The position numbers were made by a program, and so were the translations under genes. Of a stretch of DNA of 64,000 nt, positions 17,069-25,893 are shown piece by piece; the first letter of the stretch is position 1; every line of letters begins with the position of its first letter. The notes below the pieces were generated by a model. That model did no database searches and was not told where the DNA came from. It saw only the letters and a program-made list of their open reading frames with translations. The DNA is from Dehalococcoidales bacterium (GTDB taxonomy: Bacteria > Chloroflexota > Dehalococcoidia > Dehalococcoidales > RBG-16-60-22), in contig JAQTQH010000001.1 in assembly GCA_028712355.1 (NCBI GenBank), forward strand, positions 9,864 to 73,863, given 5' to 3'.

Positions 17069-17692
17069 TCACCGCGGGTGCTGCAAAACGACATTGCGAA
17101 AGACACCCCAGAGTGAATTATACTTTTCCCGCAGATCGAAGCCGTACTGACTTAAAGTCCAGGTGTTGACCAGTCCCTGGGTCAAACAGAAAAATAGCCC
17201 CGCGGCAGCATCAAGGTCAACATCGGCGCGGACGGTTCCGGAATCAACCCCACGGCGCAGCATTTCCGCAATCATGGTGGTATATCCATCAATTACCTCA
17301 TAAGCCTTTTTGTTCAGTTTGCTGTCACCGAAGCTGACGATTTCCGCGATGACCTGGAAGGAAATACCACGCCTTTCTATGATGTGTGACATGTGATTGA
17401 TGAAAGCATTTTCGAGTGCTTCCTGAGTACGGCAGTCTTCCGTAAGAACAAATCCCTCTTCAGAAAGGAGGGCTTTTTCGACATCGTCAATCAGGAGGGA
17501 AAGCACGTCACGCTTGCTTTTAAAGTGTTTATAGATGGCGCCCTCGGAAATGCCAGTTTCCTTGGCGATTCTCCGTACGGTAACATGCTCGCTGCCGTAC
17601 CGGGTGATGAGCTTGCGGGCGGCATCGATTATCTGTTTCTTTCGTACCGTCGTACTGGAGCGCTTTTGAACCACGCAAATTCCCTCACGCAC
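17069..17692 (-). CDS. TetR/AcrR family transcriptional regulator
   Basis: N-terminal TetR HTH (VTVRRIAKETGISEGAIYKHFKSKRDVL). The GTG at 17674, preceded by GAGGGA, is a likelier start than the ORF-track 17692. Confidence 0.87.
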   Translation of the reverse strand: MREGICVVQKRSSTTVRKKQIIDAARKLITRYGSEHVTVRRIAKETGISEGAIYKHFKSKRDVLSLLIDDVEKALLSEEGFVLTEDCRTQEALENAFINHMSHIIERRGISFQVIAEIVSFGDSKLNKKAYEVIDGYTTMIAEMLRRGVDSGTVRADVDLDAAAGLFFCLTQGLVNTWTLSQYGFDLREKYNSLWGVFRNVVLQHPR

Positions 17693-17872
17693 TTGAAGCT
17701 ACCATAATCTTACCACAAAGCAACCTGCCACAAAAGAGCGCAGCACGCTTCCCCATGCATATCACAAAACGGCCGTAATGTTACAAGAGCAGAGCCCGCA
17801 ATATTATCGACGCGCCCATTACCTTACAGATCCCAACACCGCCGGAATCCTTAAGGCGTTTCTTGATTTGGA

Positions 17873-18043
17873 CTAGCCGCCGGTAGCCGCGGAGACGGCG
17901 ATGATGATGCCCATCACGACAATAAGGATGAGTATCCAGCCGCCCATCATTAAGAACGTGGCGAACTTGCCCCAGAAACCCTTCTTCTTCTTGACTTCTT
18001 TGGTTTCCTTCACTTCATTCTGCTGAACCATTGTTTCCTCCAT
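17873..18043 (-). CDS. Small membrane protein (56 aa), absent from the ORF track
   Basis: Own translation: MEETMVQQNEVKETKEVKKKKGFWGKFATFLMMGGWILILIVVMGIIIAVSAATGG. AGGAGA RBS 7 nt upstream, charged N-terminus plus one TM helix, TAG stop. Lies upstream of the TetR gene on the same strand. Confidence 0.5.
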   Translation of the reverse strand: MEETMVQQNEVKETKEVKKKKGFWGKFATFLMMGGWILILIVVMGIIIAVSAATGG

Positions 18044-18128
18044 TGCCCTCTCCTTTCAGAAAAATGCAGCGTTATTGCTAATTACGGCAGACGAATTCTG
18101 CTTTATAAACGAGGCGTAAGTAAGCAAG

Positions 18129-18175
18129 CGTTTACTTTGTTAGTAAACGATAACATACCTTTTTTCTTTTGTCAA
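18129..18175 (-). promoter_or_regulatory. Candidate promoter with perfect palindromic operator (CGTTTACT-N5-AGTAAACG)
   Basis: Minus strand reads TTGACA (18170-18175)-17 nt-TATCGT (18147-18152). The 8+8 bp inverted repeat at 18129-18149 overlaps the -10 and the predicted start site, about 90 nt upstream of the small membrane ORF. Confidence 0.45.
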
Positions 18176-18223
18176 GACCTTTTGTAAGTCGGTTTTGCTC
18201 AATTGTGTTTGCAATACCGTGTT

Positions 18224-18290
18224 TACCTCACCCTGTCCTCTCCCGTAAGAGTCAACTATTATACCGAGATACATTTAGCTGGAGAGGGAG
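18224..18290 (+). repeat. Family C repeat variant (CCTCACCCTGTCCTCTCCC ... GGAGAGGGA)
   Basis: Shares the TCACCCT..CCTCTCCC / GGGAGAGG motif with copies at 41128, 41188, 47235 and 47297. This copy has an enlarged loop. Confidence 0.45.
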
Positions 18291-18360
18291 TGTACAAAAA
18301 GAGGGGTGGTTCTTCCAAAATTAAGCCGTGTTATAATAAATTACGGAGGATTCAAGCTGA

Positions 18361-18750
18361 ATGCTGTTCCGGCTGATAATGGCAATATTCACCACGCTGG
18401 TAGAAGAAGCCGCCATGGTGCTGCTCTGGCTTTACGGGCTGCCCTACCTGGGGATTAACCTGCCGCTGCCGCTGCTTTTCGTAACAATGGTTCTCTGGGG
18501 GGCTTTTTCCGTTTTTTATTTCAAGCTGGGGACGCGCGCCCTAAAAAAAGCCGCCCTCGCCGGCTTGCCAGCCATGAGCGGCTGTACCGGCAAAGTCACC
18601 GAACCGCTGGCGCCGCAGGGGATGGTAAAAATCGGAGGCGAACTCTGGACTGCGGAATCACTGGAAGGGGACTTAAAACAGGATGAGGCGGTAACCGTGA
18701 TCAAGCAGGAAGGGCTCAAACTGTTCGTGAAACGTTGCGCTAAACATTAA
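18361..18750 (+). CDS. NfeD-family membrane protein (short form)
   Basis: 129 aa. Two N-terminal TM helices plus a C-terminal OB-like NfeD domain (GKVTEPLAPQGMVKIGGELWTAES...VTVIKQEGLKLFV). No SPFH/stomatin partner adjacent. Confidence 0.72.
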   Translation: MLFRLIMAIFTTLVEEAAMVLLWLYGLPYLGINLPLPLLFVTMVLWGAFSVFYFKLGTRALKKAALAGLPAMSGCTGKVTEPLAPQGMVKIGGELWTAESLEGDLKQDEAVTVIKQEGLKLFVKRCAKH

Positions 18751-19843
18751 ACAGGAAGGTGACGACATCGCCTTCTTTTATGATATATTCCTTGCCTTCC
18801 AATCGCAGCAGTCCTTTTTTTCGCGCCTCGGCGATGCCGCCGCACCTGACCAGGTCATCGTAGCCGATGACCTCGGCGCGGATGAAGCCCCGCTCCAGGT
18901 CGGAGTGAATCTTCCCGGCCGCGCGGGGCGCCGGAGTGCCGGAAGGTACGGTCCAGGCACGGGTCTCGTCGGGACCGGTGGTCAAGAAGGTGATCAACCC
19001 GAGTAATTCGTAGGAAAGTTTAATAGTGCGCTCCAGCGCGGATTCCTTGATGCCGAAGTCGGCACGGAAAGCTTCGCGGGCGGACTCATCCAGCTGAGCG
19101 AGTTCCATCTCCAGCCTGCCGCATAGCGTAATGACGCCGCAGCGCGGGCGGGCGTAGCTCCGGTTCAGTTCGGCTTCCAGCGTTACTGCCTGCGGGAGCT
19201 GGTCTTCACTGATGTTAACCACGATGAGGAGCGGCTTTGCGGTGAGGAACTGATAATTAGCCAGTGATTTCAGCTCGGCAGCTTCCAGCCCCATTTCCCG
19301 GATGGGAATCTCTTTTTCCAGCTCCGCCTTGATTTTAAGCAGGATTTCCTTTTCGCGGAGCGCGCTCTGACGGTCGGCAGGCTTGGCACCCTTCATCGAT
19401 GACTCGATGCGCTCGAGCCGCCGTTCGATAATGGCGATATCGGAAAAGGCGAGTTCAAGGTTCATCGCGGCGATATCCCGCTTCACATCGATGCTGCCAG
19501 CGGGGTGGGGGACGCTCTCTTCATTGAAAGCGCGCACGACATTAATCAGGGCGTCTGTTTTGCTGAGTTGATTGAGCAGTTCGCCGGCGATGCCCTTCTC
19601 TTTGGCTGGCGACTTCAAAGAAGCCCCGATATCAATATAGCCGATTTCCACCGGCACTTGTTTGGCGGATTTGAACAAATTGGAAAGCACCTGAATGCGC
19701 GGGTCCGGTACCTTCGCTGTGCCGATGTGTCCTTTAGCTTCCGGAGCGCGGCTGGTGGTATCCGCTTTACCGCTGGTCAGCGTGTTGAAAACAGTGGTCT
19801 TGCCGCTCAACGGCAGACCGATGATGCCGATTTCAATATTCAT
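18740..19843 (-). CDS. ychF: Ribosome-binding ATPase YchF
   Basis: 367 aa. P-loop GLPLSGKTT, coiled-coil insert, C-terminal TGS-like block (TGPDETRAWTV..G..AP.AAGKIHSDLERGFIRAEV). Confidence 0.93.
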   Translation of the reverse strand: MNIEIGIIGLPLSGKTTVFNTLTSGKADTTSRAPEAKGHIGTAKVPDPRIQVLSNLFKSAKQVPVEIGYIDIGASLKSPAKEKGIAGELLNQLSKTDALINVVRAFNEESVPHPAGSIDVKRDIAAMNLELAFSDIAIIERRLERIESSMKGAKPADRQSALREKEILLKIKAELEKEIPIREMGLEAAELKSLANYQFLTAKPLLIVVNISEDQLPQAVTLEAELNRSYARPRCGVITLCGRLEMELAQLDESAREAFRADFGIKESALERTIKLSYELLGLITFLTTGPDETRAWTVPSGTPAPRAAGKIHSDLERGFIRAEVIGYDDLVRCGGIAEARKKGLLRLEGKEYIIKEGDVVTFLFNV

Positions 19844-19864
19844 CAGTTAATCGTCCGAAAAGAA

Positions 19865-20098
19865 TCAGCGGTTATGCTTGATGAGTTCACGCACTCTTTT
19901 CAAGGCCAGGTCCCGTTCTGCGAAAGTGAGCTTTTCATCCGCCACGAGGGCGAGCAGGACGAGGAGAGCTTCATAGGAGCGTGCGTTAGCGATGGACTCG
20001 ATGGCATCACTACGCAATTTGGGCGTGAGTTCCAGGTCGGTGGCGATGCTCATCAGTTTTTTCAGGTCTTCCGGCAGCTCGGGCAGGTTCAGAAACAT
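19865..20098 (-). CDS. Hypothetical helical protein (HEAT-repeat-like), upstream of ychF
   Basis: 77 aa all-helical ORF, 21 nt upstream of ychF on the same strand. No family motif recognised. Confidence 0.4.
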   Translation of the reverse strand: MFLNLPELPEDLKKLMSIATDLELTPKLRSDAIESIANARSYEALLVLLALVADEKLTFAERDLALKRVRELIKHNR

Positions 20099-20265
20099 AG
20101 TTCACCTCACAAATCGTGGCAAGGGCTGCCACCCCTGCGATTATTCCGCATCGGCATACGGTTTGTCAAACTTATCTGAATCTTCCGTTGACACCATCCC
20201 AATCATTGTTGCCAATGCAATATCATCCTTCCCCAGAAAGAGTCAAATCAATTTTTGCCGCAATT

Positions 20266-20300
20266 GAGATTGCTTCGCCGCTATCATTCCTCGCCATGAC
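20266..20300 (+). repeat. Family B repeat, 3' half only (GAGATTGCTTCGCC...CTCGCCATGAC)
   Basis: Matches the right half of copy B2 (AGATTGCTTCG...CTCGCAATGA). The left half is absent. Confidence 0.4.
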
Positions 20301-20364
20301 AGATATTGACAGAACCTCAATAAAACCATAACATTTTCACAGTAGCTTTTACACGGAGGTTAAG

Positions 20365-21585
20365 ATGGCAGGCATCCTAGAAGGCGTTAAGGTCCTGGAA
20401 ATGGGACACGTGGTGGTCGTGCCCGCTGCCGCGGCGACGATGGGCGACTGGGGCGCGGATGTTCTCAAGCTGGAGCCGCTCACCGGAGACATGGCGCGCG
20501 GTTTCAAGACTATCGAAAAAATACCGCCGATTCTCCGCAGAAACGGAACGGAAATACACTGGTATTTTTCTTATTTGAACCGCAACAAGAGGAGCATCGC
20601 CCTCAACCTCAAATCGCCCGCCGGCCGCGCTGTCTTCGATAAGCTCATCCGGAATTACGATATTTTTATGTCCAATTACCAGGCCTCCTCGCTGGAAAGG
20701 CTCAATATCAACTATGAAACTCTCCGCAAGATCAACCCCCGCCTGATATACTCCATTGTTACAGGGTACGGGTCGAAAGGGCCGGACAAGGACGAGCGCG
20801 GCTTCGACCATACCGCCGCCTGGGCGCGTTCCGGCATTCAGCAGGGAATCGCCGAGCCGGGCATGCCCCCGCCGATGGAACGCGGCGGCATGATGGACCG
20901 CGTTACCGCCGCCCATGAGCTAAGTGGCATCATGGCTGCCCTGTATCACCGGGAAAAAACGGGCAAGGGACAGGCGCTGGAAGTATCGCTATACCATGCT
21001 GCGGTATGGACAGTCTCGGAAGACGTTCAGGCCGCTCTCATGGGCACGCCGCTGCCGCAAAAAGACCGCACCATCGCCGAAAACCCCCTGTTCAACTATT
21101 ACCGCACCAAGGAAGGCCGCTATTTCCAGCTCGCCATGCTGCAATCGGATGTGCAGTGGCCCGGCTTTTGCCGCGCCATAAACCGGCTGGATTTACAGAA
21201 CAACCCCCGCTTCAAGGATATGGACGCCCGCGCCGCCAACTGCCGCGAGTTCATCAAGATACTTGATGATATTTTTATCACAAAAACACGCCCCGAATGG
21301 GAGCAGCTTTTCAAAGCCCATGACTGCATCTACGGGCGGATTGAAACAGCCGCCGAAGTCGCCGGGGACCCCCAGGCAACCGCCAATGATTTCTTCGGGG
21401 AAGTGCCGCATCCGGCAATGGGCCCCATCAAGATGGTGAATACCCCGGTCCGGTTCCGGCAGAATCCTCCTTCCCTGAGGACACCCGCCCCGGAAATCGG
21501 ACAGCACACCGAGGAAGTACTGCTGGAACTCGGCTATGACTGGGAAGACATCGGCAAGCTGAAAGAGCAGGGCGTCATACTTTAA
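20365..21585 (+). CDS. Family III CoA-transferase (CaiB/BaiF type)
   Basis: 406 aa. N-terminal LEGVKVLEMGHVVVVPAAAATMGDWGADVLKLEP motif and an interlocked-dimer family length. TTGACA-17-TAACAT promoter-like site at about 20296-20324. Confidence 0.88.
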   Translation: MAGILEGVKVLEMGHVVVVPAAAATMGDWGADVLKLEPLTGDMARGFKTIEKIPPILRRNGTEIHWYFSYLNRNKRSIALNLKSPAGRAVFDKLIRNYDIFMSNYQASSLERLNINYETLRKINPRLIYSIVTGYGSKGPDKDERGFDHTAAWARSGIQQGIAEPGMPPPMERGGMMDRVTAAHELSGIMAALYHREKTGKGQALEVSLYHAAVWTVSEDVQAALMGTPLPQKDRTIAENPLFNYYRTKEGRYFQLAMLQSDVQWPGFCRAINRLDLQNNPRFKDMDARAANCREFIKILDDIFITKTRPEWEQLFKAHDCIYGRIETAAEVAGDPQATANDFFGEVPHPAMGPIKMVNTPVRFRQNPPSLRTPAPEIGQHTEEVLLELGYDWEDIGKLKEQGVIL

Positions 21586-21610
21586 ACTGGAAATGTTGGC
21601 AAAAGTCGGT

Positions 21611-21683
21611 GTCATTCCCGCGAAAGCGGGAATCCAGCAGCGAAGAAAGGGCGCTGGATTCTCAGGTCAAGACTGAGAATGAC
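21611..21683 (-). repeat. Family A cloverleaf-like structured repeat, copy A1 (best preserved, 73 nt)
   Basis: 7-bp outer stem GTCATTC/GAATGAC enclosing three hairpins: CCGC-GAAA-GCGG; GAATCCAGC-loop-GCTGGATTC; CTCAG-GTCAAGA-CTGAG. There are no unpaired junction nucleotides. Reverse orientation relative to copies A2, A3 and A5. Confidence 0.7.
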
Positions 21684-21692
21684 AATCGGGCT

Positions 21693-24600
21693 TTAAGTCT
21701 TTCGCCCGTTCTCGTTACAAAACTTGACCAACTCGGCGAACTCGTTAATTTTGACCATGTTGCTCGACTCGATGAAGCCGTCGTAGGTCAGGCTAATCCA
21801 GGGCTTCTCGTATGCCGTGCTGAACTTCTCCGCCATCGCCGCCACGATTCCGCCGGGCATGCAGCCGTGCGGCATGACGGAAATCACCCCGGCGAATTCC
21901 GGATTTTCCAGCCAATCGATGCCGCTGCCGATGCTGAGCACCGCCTCGCTGCCGCATCGCGGCGAGAGATATTGCGCTGATTTCGCCAGGATTTCCCCGG
22001 TCGCTGGCTCATGCCCATCCACCACGCCATGGAAATAGCCGGCAATTCCTCCCTCATCACGCTCCTGCACCAGCTTGCGGAGATAGCTCCTGACCGTCTG
22101 AGACAGCCTGCGGTTCTTGACGGCATCTTCCAGATTACGGTAAGAAGTATATCTAATCCACTCGCCCATCGGTGAAACGGCCGCTTCCAGACCAGCCGCT
22201 TCGCACACCCGCACCAGGTCGCGGTTGCTGAAGCGGTTGGAGCGCAGGTAGATTTCCCCATTGATGCCCACCAGCGGACGGCGCGGCAGTTCCTTATCAA
22301 CGAGAGCCATGAAGTCCGCCGGGGCTTTGCGTAAAACACCTCTCAGATTTACCTTATTACTAATAGCGCCGGCAATCTCTTTCAAATATTCGTCAAACAA
22401 TTTATCCGCCGCGCCCTTCTCCTTTTCGTAAGGACGGGTGCGCCAGAGTAGCTTCTGCAGGTAGTCCACAGTAACGATGCCTTTCCAGGCGAGCCGCTCG
22501 AAGCCGGGACCCAGGTTCAGGTCGCGGTAGGCGTTATTGGACACGGTCGTGCGGATGGGCAAATTGAAGCCCACATCCTTAAGCACCCGGATTTGCTCGA
22601 CGGCGTATTTGCCGAGGCGGCACGGCCCGTACGAGCCGCTCATCAAGCCTTCGACATTATCCAGTCCGTCGCCGTTGTGCTCGTGAAAATAGCGCAGGAA
22701 ATCTCCCAGAGTAACACGGTAAGGCAGGCATTCGGTACCGGCGGTATACTGGTTAGCATAAAGCAGGTTGCGTTCATCGGGCTCAGGCAGAACGACCGCC
22801 TTTACGCCATAAGATACCATCGCCGCGGCGACGGCTTCCGCATGGGGCGTCATGCGCGGGATGAGCACGGTCTTCCCGGCGCTGATACTCGTATTCGTAC
22901 CACGGTAAATGTCCCTCCGCGGGGCTTGGACTTCTCCCCGGGCGCGGGCATAGCTGGTGATAGTGTCAACATAGGCTTCCAGTCGTGTGACCAGTCCCGC
23001 CTCGGCGGCATGTTCGTCGATTTCCAGTTGCCCCAGCGGCTTGCTCCCCATGATATCTTCCAGCAGTTTGATAATAAACGAATTGGGACCGCAGCCGAAG
23101 TTGGTCAGCGCCAGGCTGTAGAGCCGAGAGGCATTCGCGCTGATGGCAGCCCCGGCGATGAACTTGCCTTCGTACGACCAGTAGGGACGGTCCGAGTATT
23201 TTTTCGGGTCGATTGAGGCCAGCGGCAGGAAGTCCAGCGGCACCGGCACCACGCCGAGCTGCGCCAGCTTTTCCGCGATGCCCAGGTTCGCCCCGGAGTC
23301 CTGTGACATGTAGGAGCGGGTGAGGAGGACAACACCAAGCTTATCGCTTTCGCGTAATTGCTCGAGGAGCTTTTCGCCCAGCACCGTTCGATCGGCTTCA
23401 AACCTGCGCTGGGCATCTATGCCCGCCGCAGCAGCTTGCCTGCCCGCATCTTTACTGAAGCCCAGCCGCACCGCGATATCCGCCAGGTTTTTGATGACAT
23501 CAGCATCGCCGCGACTGAAATCGATGATGGGAATAAGCAATTTGTCCCCGAGACCGAGCACCTGCCGTACAATGTATGGTGAAGCCTGGATGAGCGGACA
23601 GGCGTATTTCTGGTCTTCTTCACCATCTTTCTTGCCCAGTCGAATCGCGCAGGGGTAGAGAATATAATCGGCGTTTTTCAAAGCGGCGGCGTGCCCGTGT
23701 AGCAGCTTCATGGGGAAACAGCTATCGGTATAAGCCAGCTCGATGGCGTGCTCCATAATTTGCTTGCTGGTCTTACCGGAGAGCGCCACCCTGACTCCCA
23801 GCGCATTCAAAAACCCGATGAGCAGCGGCGCGTAGTCATATACCATCAAGGCGCGCGGGATGCCTACCAGCGGGCCGCTGCCCGTACCTGCATGATAATC
23901 GCGGAAGAGCAGCTTTTCCCGCTCATCGAAGAAGGTCTCCCGCTTCGCCTGGCTGAGCGTGCTGTCGTAGCGGTCGCAGCGGCTGCCGTAAAAAGTCGGC
24001 TTTTCCCCGGGCATTTTCATCTGGGTGATGGCGCAGTTGTTATCGCAGCCCTGGCAGGTAAAGGTGGAAAGATTATAATCCCCTTCGATGACCTTCGTAA
24101 AACCTTTGAACTTTGATTCAGCCCCATTCATCGACTCTTTCGCCAGCAGGGCGGCGCCGATGGCCCCGGAGACTTCGCGGTGTTCCGCTACGGTAAGGGT
24201 TTTACCTTTTAGCTGGTCGCTAAAGGCAGCAACCACCGCCCGGTTATAGAAGACCGCTCCGGTAAGGATAATCCGGTCGCCCAGCTTGCGCGTCCCCACT
24301 ACCTTGGAAAGGTAGTTCTTGGCGATGGAGTTCGCCAGGCTGGCGGTGATGATGGGCAAGGGCACACCCTCCTGCTGGGCGGAGGACACCGCCTGTCCCA
24401 TGAACGCGGCGCAGCGCGTACCCAAATCGATGGTGTGCGGCGCGGTGAACGCAAGCTCGGCGAACTCGCCGCTTTTCACGGAAACGCCGAGCATCTCGGC
24501 AAGCTCATCAATAAAGCTGCCGGTACCGGCGGCGCAGGCTTTATTCATCTGGTAGTCCACAACAACGCCGTTGCGCTTGATGACCAGCTTGGAGTCCTGC

Positions 24601-25826
24601 CCGCCGATTTCAATAATATCCGCTTCCGGGTCGATGTCATAAGCCGCCCGGGTCTGGGCGGTAATCTCGTTCTTAATCAGGTCGGCGCCAATCATGCTGC
24701 CGATGAGATAGCGCCCCGAGCCGGTCACGCCCACGCCGGCGATGGCAACGTTGTCCGCGCCCGCCTGCCGCAGATTGCGGAAGACCTCCTTCACCGCATC
24801 CACAGGGCGTCCCGCCGTCATGAGATAATGCTTGGCGAGAATGGTTTTTCCGGACTCGTCCATGATGACTGCCTTGGTGCTCGTCGAGCCGACATCGACG
24901 CCGAGGTAGCCCCGGAGCGACGCATTGATGGCCAGTTTTGCCCCGTTACTTGGCAGGGAAACTTCCGGCAGCCGGGGCATTTCGAAATAGCGCTGGCGGG
25001 CATCGCCTTCCGGCAACAAATTAACTGCCGAAATCTTATCGCGGGAAAGCAGCGCCGCCCCCAGCGCTTCCATATAGAGATAATTTTGCGGAACAATGAC
25101 TTCGACAGGTTGCCCGTTCCTTGCCGCAAGCACTTCGCTGAGCGCTTTGATAATGGCAGCGTTGGCGGCAACCCCGCCGACGAAATAGACCGGCGGAGGG
25201 AAAGTGCCTTTCTGGAGAGAGGCAACCATGCGGGCGATACTCTCGCACAAGGCGTAGAGCATGGCTGACACCGGAACGCCCTTCTGCTGGAGGTGAATCA
25301 GGTCGCTCTTGGCAAAAACGCTGCAACGGGCGGCGATGCGGGGCGGGGCTCCCTGGCATTTCAACGCCAGACCGGCAAAGTCCTCGATTCCGATGCCGAG
25401 CCGGTAAGCCTGCTGCTCTAAAAATCTGCCCGTGCCGGCGGCGCAGAGGGGATTGGCGGCGACCTTCCACGGCTTCTTCAGTCCGTCTTCCAGCACCACC
25501 GCCAGTGAGCTTTGCCCGCCAATCTGGATAATCGTTTTGGCATCCGCATGATGGTGCAGCAAGCCTGATATTATCGCCAGAGAACTGCTGTACTCCGCCC
25601 AGTGGAACGCCGGCGGAACGGCGCCTTTACCGGAGCCGGAAACGCCGGCGGCGGCAATCTCATCAAGGCGAAATTTTTCACTCAGGCGCTTCAAAAGCGT
25701 ATTTATGGCAATTTTCGGATTACCGGCGATGCGCTGGACACCCAGATGAAGGATTTCACCACCTTCATCAATGAGCGCCAGTTTGACATTCACCGAACCG
25801 ACATCGATTCCGAGATAGCGTTTCAT
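21693..25826 (-). CDS. Fusion protein: two BadF/BadG/BcrA/BcrD-type (HgdC-like) activase ATPase domains plus a dehydratase-related C-terminal region (DUF2229-like)
   Basis: Two ASKHA phosphate-1 motifs (MKRYLGIDVGSVNVK; GYLGVDVGSTSTKAV), a Cys cluster CQGCDNNC...C, and a long C-terminal region. The ORF track starts at 25898, but MKRYLGIDVGS at 25826 fits the family N-terminus. Confidence 0.8.
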   Translation of the reverse strand: MKRYLGIDVGSVNVKLALIDEGGEILHLGVQRIAGNPKIAINTLLKRLSEKFRLDEIAAAGVSGSGKGAVPPAFHWAEYSSSLAIISGLLHHHADAKTIIQIGGQSSLAVVLEDGLKKPWKVAANPLCAAGTGRFLEQQAYRLGIGIEDFAGLALKCQGAPPRIAARCSVFAKSDLIHLQQKGVPVSAMLYALCESIARMVASLQKGTFPPPVYFVGGVAANAAIIKALSEVLAARNGQPVEVIVPQNYLYMEALGAALLSRDKISAVNLLPEGDARQRYFEMPRLPEVSLPSNGAKLAINASLRGYLGVDVGSTSTKAVIMDESGKTILAKHYLMTAGRPVDAVKEVFRNLRQAGADNVAIAGVGVTGSGRYLIGSMIGADLIKNEITAQTRAAYDIDPEADIIEIGGQDSKLVIKRNGVVVDYQMNKACAAGTGSFIDELAEMLGVSVKSGEFAELAFTAPHTIDLGTRCAAFMGQAVSSAQQEGVPLPIITASLANSIAKNYLSKVVGTRKLGDRIILTGAVFYNRAVVAAFSDQLKGKTLTVAEHREVSGAIGAALLAKESMNGAESKFKGFTKVIEGDYNLSTFTCQGCDNNCAITQMKMPGEKPTFYGSRCDRYDSTLSQAKRETFFDEREKLLFRDYHAGTGSGPLVGIPRALMVYDYAPLLIGFLNALGVRVALSGKTSKQIMEHAIELAYTDSCFPMKLLHGHAAALKNADYILYPCAIRLGKKDGEEDQKYACPLIQASPYIVRQVLGLGDKLLIPIIDFSRGDADVIKNLADIAVRLGFSKDAGRQAAAAGIDAQRRFEADRTVLGEKLLEQLRESDKLGVVLLTRSYMSQDSGANLGIAEKLAQLGVVPVPLDFLPLASIDPKKYSDRPYWSYEGKFIAGAAISANASRLYSLALTNFGCGPNSFIIKLLEDIMGSKPLGQLEIDEHAAEAGLVTRLEAYVDTITSYARARGEVQAPRRDIYRGTNTSISAGKTVLIPRMTPHAEAVAAAMVSYGVKAVVLPEPDERNLLYANQYTAGTECLPYRVTLGDFLRYFHEHNGDGLDNVEGLMSGSYGPCRLGKYAVEQIRVLKDVGFNLPIRTTVSNNAYRDLNLGPGFERLAWKGIVTVDYLQKLLWRTRPYEKEKGAADKLFDEYLKEIAGAISNKVNLRGVLRKAPADFMALVDKELPRRPLVGINGEIYLRSNRFSNRDLVRVCEAAGLEAAVSPMGEWIRYTSYRNLEDAVKNRRLSQTVRSYLRKLVQERDEGGIAGYFHGVVDGHEPATGEILAKSAQYLSPRCGSEAVLSIGSGIDWLENPEFAGVISVMPHGCMPGGIVAAMAEKFSTAYEKPWISLTYDGFIESSNMVKINEFAELVKFCNENGRKT

Positions 25827-25893
25827 ATCCAAATCAATTTTAGCAGAGATATGGATTTTACAAAAGTCTGAGGTAATCAGAGTGCTTAAATAT

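Noticed and set aside
21611-21683. Family A cloverleaf as a tRNA gene or tRNA pseudogene.
   Set aside because: It has no D-loop GG and no T-loop TTCRA. The middle arm is 9 bp with a 14-nt loop, so no 7-nt anticodon loop exists, and there are no 8-9/26/variable junction nucleotides. The resemblance is one of shape and length only.
21609-21980. ORFs beginning MSFPRKRES... (21609-21980 + and 36047-36229 -), plus 25882-26064 and 32303-32512.
   Set aside because: Their N-termini or cores are simply translations of family A repeat units. The same peptide appears from unrelated loci, and the ORFs run into neighbouring genes on the opposite strand.
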